From the NCBI GenBank assembly GCA_039714335.1, contig JBDLJN010000064.1, positions 1-15,149 of the forward strand: a stretch of 15,149 nt of DNA. The letters are read 5' to 3'. The position numbers and the translations under genes are program-made. The notes under the pieces are model-generated. The model saw only the letters and a program-made list of their open reading frames with translations. It searched no databases and had not been told where the DNA came from. Below are positions 8,150 to 14,876 of this stretch, one piece after another. How positions within the stretch are numbered: the first letter of the stretch is position 1; each line of letters begins with the position of its first letter. Origin of the DNA: Planctomycetota bacterium. GTDB lineage: Bacteria; Planctomycetota; Phycisphaerae; Sedimentisphaerales; Anaerohalosphaeraceae.

Positions 8150-9568
8150 ATGACAAACAAGACAAGTATTGTTTCTACACTGGGGCCGGCCTCCAATTCA
8201 CTTGATACGATTCGGCAGCTTTTGGCGGCGGGGGTTTCGATGTTTCGCCTGAATTTCTCACATGGGTCATTTTCAGAGCATCTGTCGATCCTGGAGCATA
8301 TCAACACGGCTCGCGCGGAGTTGGCTTACACGGTGTCGGTGATGGGGGATTTATGCGGGCCGAAAATTCGCATTAACGCGATTGAGCCGGGAACAGTCCT
8401 TGTCAAAGATGCCGAACTGACGATCACTGTCGGCGACGAGGTCGGAAACGCCGAACACTTTACTACCGCCTTTGCCGGTTTGCTTGATGATATACAAGTT
8501 GGTCATCGTGTTTTGATTGACGATGGCCAACGGGCGCTGGGGGTTGTCAATAAAACATCGGACCGGCTCAAATGCAGGGTGCTGGTAGGTGGCCCGTTGT
8601 CCAGCCGCAAGGGGATGAATCTGCCGGATACGGCGCTGTCGGTGCCGGCGATTACCGATAAGGACTGGCAGTGTGTGGACTGGGCCATCGAACACGGCCT
8701 GGATTATCTCTCGCTGAGTTTTGTTCAGCGCAGCCAGGAGATTCAAACACTGACCGAGTACATGCAAAAGAAAAACGCGCCGATCAAAATCATTGCCAAG
8801 ATCGAAAAACCGCTGGCGGTTGAAAACATCGAGTCGATTCTTGATGCCGCCGCCGGCATCATGGTCGCCCGCGGAGATTTGGGCGTCGAGATGGACCTGG
8901 CGCAGGTGCCGCTGGTTCAGAAGAAGATCACGACGCTGTGCCGCCGTTATGCCAAGCCGGTGATCGTGGCGACGCAGGTTCTGCAGTCGATGATCGAAAA
9001 CGCCTCACCCACGCGGGCCGAAGCAACGGATATTTTCAACGCGGTGACCGAAGCGGCGGATGCGGTGATGCTGTCCGGCGAAACGGCGATTGGCAGGTAT
9101 CCTGTTGCGGCGGTGAAAACACTGGCCCATATCTGCACGACAACCGAGCGCTTTATCGAAGAGCTTAACGAACCCCGTCAACGGATGGATATGGCTGGTG
9201 ATCACAGGCAGGCTGAGGCGGTTGCCCGTTCGGTGGCCCATATGCTCGATGAGATCAAGGCGGCGTTTGTCGTTGTTTGGGTTGACGATGAGACCACCTG
9301 CCGATTACTCAGCAAGGCCCGCATTGATGACCCGATACTGGCATTGTGCCCGGATGCGGTCATGGCCCGACAGTTGAGTCTATATTACGGTGTGCTCAGC
9401 GTGCACCATCAACCGGTTTCTTCATACGAACAATGGGTCAGTGCTGTGGAGCGGATTGTGGCCGAAAACGGCTGGGCGTCGAAGGGGGAAAAATTGCTGC
9501 TGATCCCGCCGCGGTCGGCCCTGTCGGAAAATACCGCCGGAGCGATCATCATGCATACGATCGCATAA
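8150..9568 (+). CDS. pyk: Pyruvate kinase
   Basis: The 472-aa protein has the motifs IVSTLGPAS, FRLNFSHG, GPKIR, IAKIE, MVARGDLGVE, VIVATQVLQSM and MLSGETA, plus a C-terminal regulatory domain. Confidence 0.95.
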   Translation: MTNKTSIVSTLGPASNSLDTIRQLLAAGVSMFRLNFSHGSFSEHLSILEHINTARAELAYTVSVMGDLCGPKIRINAIEPGTVLVKDAELTITVGDEVGNAEHFTTAFAGLLDDIQVGHRVLIDDGQRALGVVNKTSDRLKCRVLVGGPLSSRKGMNLPDTALSVPAITDKDWQCVDWAIEHGLDYLSLSFVQRSQEIQTLTEYMQKKNAPIKIIAKIEKPLAVENIESILDAAAGIMVARGDLGVEMDLAQVPLVQKKITTLCRRYAKPVIVATQVLQSMIENASPTRAEATDIFNAVTEAADAVMLSGETAIGRYPVAAVKTLAHICTTTERFIEELNEPRQRMDMAGDHRQAEAVARSVAHMLDEIKAAFVVVWVDDETTCRLLSKARIDDPILALCPDAVMARQLSLYYGVLSVHHQPVSSYEQWVSAVERIVAENGWASKGEKLLLIPPRSALSENTAGAIIMHTIA

Positions 9569-9631
9569 GCAGTGTTTCGGTCGCAAAAACACGCATGTAA
9601 TTGGTTTTTTATAAAAATCACCATTGAAACC

Positions 9632-9661
9632 TTGAGTTTCTGGATGGAGATATTGTATAAT
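9632..9661 (+). promoter_or_regulatory. Candidate promoter for the HAP2-like gene
   Basis: TTGAGT (9632-9637), an 18-nt spacer, then TATAAT (9656-9661). This predicts a leader of about 90 nt. Confidence 0.4.
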
Positions 9662-9760
9662 TATTCAAGGGTTAGGGCTGAAAGCGACGATTATTAGAGG
9701 GCAAATAACACTTTTATTCAAATTGCAGAGCCGCCGGTGCGTCTGTGGTCAGGAGAGTCT

Positions 9761-11644
9761 ATGTATCAGAAGAAGAATTTGAAGGTCCAAGCCGTATGTT
9801 CCATGTTCATCGCTGCCGTTTTGTTCGGCGTCTGTCTGTCAACGGCGCAGGCAACCCGCGTCTCAACCGCTGTAATTGAGGACTGTCTGATCAATGAAAG
9901 CGGCTTTAATTGTGACGAGAAAACCTGTATTTCAGCCGATGTCTCCTATGGCATACAGACGCAACTCGAGGTCGTGCAGATAACGACCATTCAGGTTGGC
10001 GGTGAACCCGTAGAGGTTGAAGAAACAACAGAAATCGAGATTGAAAAATCGATTCCGACCCTGTATTATCCGCTGCGGTTTTTGCATACCGTCGCCTATT
10101 ATCCCCACGAAGAAGTCATCCGTACACCCCATCCGATCAGCGGCTGTGACTGCCAGTGTGCCGATCCGAACTTTCAGGGTTTTTGCAGTACCAGAAGTCC
10201 GTTTGACCTGGAGAATCTCTGTGCCTCGTGGCGGGGTGAGGAGTTGATCGGTCAGCCGGCCACAACGGCTGTACCGTATGCGACAGCACACTGCCTGCAT
10301 ATGGGAGAAGTGTATTTTCACGGTTATGAGATCTGTGGGCCGACGGAATATTACGAGATTGCCGCTAATTTGCAAAAGGGTAGTGACACACTTAATTTTG
10401 TCCTCAGCCCGGCCGATCCATTTTACGGTATTAATCAAGCCAGCGGCTTCAAAGTCAAGGCCGAGCTTTTGGGCAACCAGGAAAAGTACAAAGGCGTTCC
10501 GGAGTTGAGCAATTACATCCTCTATATCCCGGCGCTCCCTGAAGCACACCCCTATGTTCAGGACTATCAGAACAACATGCTGATTCTTCCTCGAGAAGAA
10601 CTGTCTAAAGACGGCTCTGAACCGGATAAGGTGGGCATCAGCTACGATGCGTTCCGCAAACTGGGCGGCAACGCCAGCGTCTCCGAAGCCGGTGACGGCC
10701 TGCATAACCAGCTTTTTCAAAAACACAGTGCCGATCTGCAGAAGTTGATTATGAACCCGGATGCTGAAACCGAATACCTGGTTCACGGCAAGCGGAAATT
10801 CAAAGAATCAATGGGTTTCCAGGCGGGGATGGCAAAAGTACTGCAGTACAAGGTCCCCGAGATCAACTATTCACAGGTGGCTTTGACCCTGCCGGATGTA
10901 ACGACCGTTAAAGTCATCAACACCGAATCGCTGGGGATTATCATGGATGCTGATGTCCAGGCGTTTACCTCCATGACGGACGAGGGAACATTAGTTGTCG
11001 AGATAGCGAATTGGGGTGATCTGAAAACCGATTATGTCGTGACGGTAACCCAAGCGAACATGAACATCATCAAGGCCATTCCCGCCCAGTCAAGAATCCT
11101 GGACTCATATGAACAAGCGACTCTGACCTTCGACATCCATACCGCGTACAATATTGATACGATCAACGAATGTGCTGTCCGGCTCAAGTCGCCTACCGGC
11201 CGCTTATATGATGAGGTTTCCGTCAAATTTGATGCCTCCAAACACCCCTCAAAGTACTCGGGGGATTTGCAGCTAACCAATGATGCCGCGACGCTGACCG
11301 AGCCCAACAACCTCACCGCTCCGGTGATCACCCTGAACGGGCCGGAGTTGATCCTGCTGGAGTGCAATGTTGATACCTATGTCGAACAGGGCGCTGAAGC
11401 TGTGGACGATGTGGACGGTACCGTTGCTGTGATTATTGGTGGTGACACCGTCGATACGACCGTGTGCGGTATCTATACCGTCAAGTACTTCGCGCGGGAT
11501 GCGGTGTTTAATTTCTCGGAGATCACACGCACGGTGAAGGTCGTTTGCCCGGGCTCCGGGATCGAAGGCGACATCAACAATGACAACATGGTGAACATGG
11601 ATGACCTTGGCAGACTCGCCGCCAACTGGCTCGTCGGAACCTAA
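9761..11644 (+). CDS. Secreted HAP2/GCS1-like (fusexin-like) protein with C-terminal Ig-like (DUF5011-type) domain and dockerin-like tail
   Basis: I prefer the ATG at 9761 (AGGAG 9751-9755) over the track's GTG at 9737. A Sec signal peptide is present: MYQKKNLKVQAVCSMFIAAVLFGVCLSTAQA. Roughly nt 9869-11236 is collinear with HAP2 ectodomain motif blocks (AHCL, LLG..YxxxP...YLxIP, KxGxSYxAF, LHNQL, domain III-like N.G strand). Nt 11315-11548 (PVITLNGPE...YTVKYFARD...) looks like a DUF5011/Ig-like domain. Nt 11564-11641 (GDINNDNMVNMDDLGRLAANW) looks like a dockerin-type repeat. There is no C-terminal TM segment. Confidence 0.7.
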   Translation: MYQKKNLKVQAVCSMFIAAVLFGVCLSTAQATRVSTAVIEDCLINESGFNCDEKTCISADVSYGIQTQLEVVQITTIQVGGEPVEVEETTEIEIEKSIPTLYYPLRFLHTVAYYPHEEVIRTPHPISGCDCQCADPNFQGFCSTRSPFDLENLCASWRGEELIGQPATTAVPYATAHCLHMGEVYFHGYEICGPTEYYEIAANLQKGSDTLNFVLSPADPFYGINQASGFKVKAELLGNQEKYKGVPELSNYILYIPALPEAHPYVQDYQNNMLILPREELSKDGSEPDKVGISYDAFRKLGGNASVSEAGDGLHNQLFQKHSADLQKLIMNPDAETEYLVHGKRKFKESMGFQAGMAKVLQYKVPEINYSQVALTLPDVTTVKVINTESLGIIMDADVQAFTSMTDEGTLVVEIANWGDLKTDYVVTVTQANMNIIKAIPAQSRILDSYEQATLTFDIHTAYNIDTINECAVRLKSPTGRLYDEVSVKFDASKHPSKYSGDLQLTNDAATLTEPNNLTAPVITLNGPELILLECNVDTYVEQGAEAVDDVDGTVAVIIGGDTVDTTVCGIYTVKYFARDAVFNFSEITRTVKVVCPGSGIEGDINNDNMVNMDDLGRLAANWLVGT

Positions 11645-11663
11645 AGAACAATGATATCACAGC

Positions 11664-11701
11664 GGCACGGCCAGGTTCCGCCTGACCGTGCCATTTTATT
11701 T
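11664..11701 (+). terminator. Rho-independent terminator of the HAP2-like gene
   Basis: GGCACGG-c-CAGG / ttccg / CCTG-a-CCGTGCC forms a 7+4 bp stem with one mismatch. It is followed by ATTTTATTT. Confidence 0.6.
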
Positions 11702-11770
11702 GAATTGAGGACTTAAAGGCCTGTCAATCTTTTCAACGCGGCGGCGATCATCTTGCCCACCATCGCGTGA

Positions 11771-13345
11771 TTACAGCGAGACGCCGGTAAGCCAGTTTTC
11801 TGCAAGGACGGAAAGGTCCTGAATATCCACAAAACCATCCACCATTGTTTCGGGAGCCATGTCGGCATAAGGATTCCAGTTAATGGATTGACCATCAGAC
11901 ATCCATGCTTGGCTAAATGCCACAAAATCGATCAAATCCACTGTGAAGTCTCGAAGTTCCGGGGCGATGTCGCCTGGTACCGCGGGGCCGATATGTTGGA
12001 CTTGCAATGTAGGGCTTGCATAGTCCCCTTTTAAAACCATATTGTATTCATTAAAAAGATTCATCCCGATGATCCCGTCTAATGTGCCTCCTTCAGGAGA
12101 AGCTACATCTAACAGGATGACAGGGATATTTGTGTACTGGAGCCACTGCCCCAGAGCAGGAATGTCCAGAGAGTCAATATAGAACCCCGGTGCAACAGTG
12201 GTTTCGCCGGTGACGCCAATAATGTCAACTTCAAATTCAGGGTTTTCCGGATCAAATCCAAGCAGGGAACCTACATTTGAACCGACCACAGTAACCTGGG
12301 CGCCTGTATCCAGCATGAATCGATCCTGCTGTGTTGCTGAATAGCCATCGTCGTATAAAGAGACGCTGTTGACAAAAAATAAGCTTTGGGCGGAAGCTCC
12401 CATGATGATTGAGGGTGTGCCGGGTTGATAGATTAATTCGTTCATGAGCAACTCAAGATCTGGGATATACTGAATATCGCTTGAGCCCAGCGGGATTAGA
12501 TTCAACGGAATTTCAATCGAATAATCGGGAATCTGGGGATCGCCCGGTTCATAAAAATCAACGCATGGTCCGGTGTAAGTTTCGCCGGCATATTTACACC
12601 ACAGTTTCCGGTCATTTGAAATCACTGTTGTCAAATTAACTGTCATTGGGGCGCCGATGGCATTCGGCAGATCGGGAGCATTGGGTTCCGGCATGTCCCC
12701 CACGGAAACGGAAACATTGCCGAGTCCTACCATATTGGATACATCCAGCACCCAGTCATTAGGATCATTGAGACTGTTAGGATCAAGTGCTTGCAGACCG
12801 TCAATAAATAATCCCAGCGGCTGACTGACCCAGGTAAAAACAGAACCGCTGACGCCCTGAATTTCCGTTACGGCCTGCGTCAGTGTTTCGTCGGAGTGTG
12901 CGTAGATCCCGGTAATGTTGCTGGCCTGATAACTAAGCACGGTCGCGCTGGCACCAGTATCGAGAAGACCAACGGCATAATTGCTCAAAGGGCTGGATGT
13001 GTAGTAGTCTCCGACGACAGACAAATGAGGTACGGCGGAGGGTTCAAACTCCCCGTTGCGATCATCGGTTACAGTAAAGATTATCCACGGCACGAAGCCG
13101 TCCACCGGGGGTGAGTCGATGACATTGGAATAAACCGGTTCTGCGGCTTCTGCTTGTGCGGCGAGTTCCTGCGGTGCCGGTTGCGGCGTGTCTTTCTCGA
13201 AATAGCGGATTTCCTTGATCTTCGACCCGGACGGTCCTTGCCAGTTGACGGTTTCGGCCCAGCCCCAGGCCTGCAGTCCCGCCGCCAGCAGTACCCCCGT
13301 GTGAAGCATTAAAAACGCATGACCAAATCTTTTATGGTATTTCAT
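11771..13345 (-). CDS. Secreted bilobal (pseudo-dimeric retropepsin/pepsin-like) aspartic protease with dockerin-like C-terminal repeats
   Basis: I prefer the ATG at 13345 (MKYHKRFGHAFLMLHTGVLLAAGLQAWG signal-like N-terminus, AAGGA upstream) over the track's TTG at 13396. There are two catalytic-type motifs: LLDTGASATVL (D at 12961-12959) and FMLDTGAQVTVVG (D at 12310-12308). LDGIIGMNLF occurs in the second lobe. The C-terminus (11774-11971) carries DFTVDLIDFVAFSQAW and DGFVDIQDLSVLAENW repeats. Confidence 0.7.
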   Translation of the reverse strand: MKYHKRFGHAFLMLHTGVLLAAGLQAWGWAETVNWQGPSGSKIKEIRYFEKDTPQPAPQELAAQAEAAEPVYSNVIDSPPVDGFVPWIIFTVTDDRNGEFEPSAVPHLSVVGDYYTSSPLSNYAVGLLDTGASATVLSYQASNITGIYAHSDETLTQAVTEIQGVSGSVFTWVSQPLGLFIDGLQALDPNSLNDPNDWVLDVSNMVGLGNVSVSVGDMPEPNAPDLPNAIGAPMTVNLTTVISNDRKLWCKYAGETYTGPCVDFYEPGDPQIPDYSIEIPLNLIPLGSSDIQYIPDLELLMNELIYQPGTPSIIMGASAQSLFFVNSVSLYDDGYSATQQDRFMLDTGAQVTVVGSNVGSLLGFDPENPEFEVDIIGVTGETTVAPGFYIDSLDIPALGQWLQYTNIPVILLDVASPEGGTLDGIIGMNLFNEYNMVLKGDYASPTLQVQHIGPAVPGDIAPELRDFTVDLIDFVAFSQAWMSDGQSINWNPYADMAPETMVDGFVDIQDLSVLAENWLTGVSL

Positions 13346-13447
13346 CGTCCTATCCTTTTCCGGAAGAATAAAGATACATGTTCTTGTTTCGGCCAAATCA
13401 AGCCCCCATAGAATCGACAGATGCTAAAAACCATCAGGTCATCCATA

Positions 13448-13476
13448 ATTATAGTAAAAAATCTCTTTTAAAGCAA
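13448..13476 (-). promoter_or_regulatory. Candidate sigma70-type promoter for the aspartic protease gene
   Basis: The minus strand reads TTGCTT (13476-13471), a 17-nt spacer, then TATAAT (13453-13448). This predicts a leader of about 95 nt to the ATG at 13345 and argues against the longer TTG-start ORF. Confidence 0.45.
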
Positions 13477-13784
13477 GCATGCGATGGACTAAACCGTAAA
13501 AATGTCCGATAAATGCTTGTATTTCTTCGTTAAACGCAGTTGTACAACGAAAAAAGTGCCGACTGCTGCTTCAGACGCAGGTTATATGTTGAAAATCCAA
13601 ATCCGGCCGAATTTTCATTAACCAGTCCCTTTTCTGTGTCGATATTCAAAGCAGAAATGGATTTGTACCCTTCAGGGTAATAAATTCCCGCGAGTAAAGC
13701 GGCAACTGCTTGCCCCATAGGTATATAGCCGCGGGAAAACGGGGATTTTAAACTGTGAGCACTATGAGACTCAGGAGATAAATT

Positions 13785-14120
13785 ATGGGTATTCAAAACT
13801 GGTCGGAAAATGTCGTTCTTGTGAATCTGGCAAAAGAGCCGGATATGGGCGAGGAACTGCAGACAGTTATCGACATGATTGCCGAGGACGCGGAACAGAA
13901 TGTGGTGGTTGATTTTGCGGATGTGGATATTGTAACCTCTTCGAGCATTGCCAAGCTGTTGAAACTTCGCAAAGTTCTGCATGATAACAGCAGGACGTTT
14001 CTGTTTTCTTCGGTCAGCCCCAAAACAAGGTCGATTTTTAATGTAACCGGTCTTGACAGTGTGTTCGAATTCATCGATGACCAGTTTATCGCTTTGGCGT
14101 CGCTGCAATTGGTTAACTAG
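13785..14120 (+). CDS. STAS-domain anti-sigma-factor antagonist (SpoIIAA/RsbV-like)
   Basis: The 111-aa protein has the pattern VVLVNL...VVVDFADVDIVTSSSIAKLLKLRK...FLFSSVSPKTRSIFNVTGLDSVFEF, which matches the STAS fold. Candidate phospho-Ser residues sit in TSSSI. AGGAG lies 7 nt upstream of the ATG. Confidence 0.85.
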   Translation: MGIQNWSENVVLVNLAKEPDMGEELQTVIDMIAEDAEQNVVVDFADVDIVTSSSIAKLLKLRKVLHDNSRTFLFSSVSPKTRSIFNVTGLDSVFEFIDDQFIALASLQLVN

Positions 14121-14151
14121 TCGCTGGCGAATACAAAATTGAATTTAACGG

Positions 14152-14185
14152 GACAGACTGCCTCTTGACAGTCTGTCTTTTTTTT
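14152..14185 (+). terminator. Rho-independent terminator after the STAS gene
   Basis: GACAGACTG (14152-14160) pairs with CAGTCTGTC (14169-14177), giving a 9-bp stem with an 8-nt loop. It is followed by T8 (14178-14185). Confidence 0.75.
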
Positions 14186-14193
14186 GTTACAAT
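14165..14193 (+). promoter_or_regulatory. Candidate consensus-like promoter for rnc, embedded in the preceding terminator
   Basis: TTGACA (14165-14170), a 17-nt spacer, then TACAAT (14188-14193). The -35 lies in the terminator loop and 3' arm, and the spacer contains the T-tract. Confidence 0.5.
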
Positions 14194-14288
14194 GAAAAAT
14201 AAGATGCAGTCAATGCAAGCGCGTTTCGAATATCACTTAAGGGAGCGGTTTTCGCAATCTGCTTGCACGATGAAAATCAGGAGATTTT

Positions 14289-14876
14289 ATGAACGCGGAT
14301 ACTGTGCAGCAGATTCAGAGCATACTGGACTATCAGTTTAAAGATCCTCAACTTCTTCATGAAGCATTTCTACATTCCTCTGCAGCCGATGATCGCCGGC
14401 GCAGCAATGAGCGGTTGGAGTTTCTTGGCGACTCGGTCCTGTCGCTGGTGATCTGCGATACGCTGTTCCAACGTTTTCCGGGTTATCTGGAGGGAGACCT
14501 GACAAAGATCAAAAGCCGCCTGGTTTCGCGGAAAAGCTGTGCGGATATCGCGAACAAACTGGAACTGCCGAATTATATGCAGGTTGGAAAAGGCATGGAG
14601 CGTTCGCGGGCGATGAATGGTTCGGTGGCGGCGGCCAGTCTGGAGTCCGTCATCGCCGCGATCTTTCTGGACGGCGGTATGGATGCTGCCGCGGCGTTCA
14701 TCCGTCGGATTTTTGAGCCGATGATCGTCAAGGCGGATGCCGAACAACATCAGGAGAACTTCAAATCTCTCCTGCAGCAGCACTGCCAGCGACAGCACAA
14801 TTGTACCCCCTATTACGAACTGCTGGACGAAAAGGGGCCCGATCATAATAAATGTTTTGAGGTGGCCGTGGTGCTT
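14289..14876 (+). CDS. rnc: Ribonuclease III (catalytic domain plus the first part of the dsRBD; homology stops abruptly)
   Basis: This ORF is not in the supplied track because it never reaches a stop before 15149. The ATG is at 14289, with AGGAG at 14279-14283. The translation is MNADTVQQIQSILDYQFKDPQLLHEAFLHSS...NERLEFLGDSVL (RNase III signature)...SLESVIAAIFLDGG...NFKSLLQQHCQ...YYELLDEKGPDHNKCFEVAVVL. The expected end of the dsRBD (G.G.SKK.AEQ.AA) is missing. Confidence 0.85.

Noticed and set aside
9569-9620. Possible pyk terminator (GTGTTT...AAACAC followed by GGTTTTTT)
   Set aside because: The stem is only 6 bp and AT-rich, and about 14 nt separate it from the T-run. This does not meet a reasonable intrinsic-terminator standard.
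9932-10786. 284-aa ORF antisense to the HAP2-like gene
   Set aside because: It has no start context or motif, and it is fully contained in a CDS with a signal peptide, an SD, a terminator and ordered homology blocks.
9761-11644. Possibility that the HAP2-like gene is eukaryotic contamination or a mis-binned eukaryotic fragment
   Set aside because: It is a continuous intron-less ORF with an SD, a Sec signal peptide and a rho-independent terminator. My spot GC count (about 52%) lies within the range of neighbouring bacterial genes. It carries a bacterial-type dockerin tail shared with the next gene, and the HAP2 cysteines are replaced. The contig does show a probable chimeric junction at about 14877, so read-level validation of 9500-13500 is still advisable.
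13530-14108. 192-aa ORF antisense to the STAS gene (also 13793-14074)
   Set aside because: The + strand frame gives a clean STAS domain with an SD and a terminator. The antisense product has no recognisable features and would span the intergenic region.
14370-14846. 158-aa ORF on the minus strand (and 14737-14934 +, 14761-14961 -, 14894-15139 -)
   Set aside because: These are antisense to or out of frame with the RNase III reading frame, which has the diagnostic NERLEFLGD signature. The ORFs in the terminal GC-rich part are expected by chance at about 80% GC.
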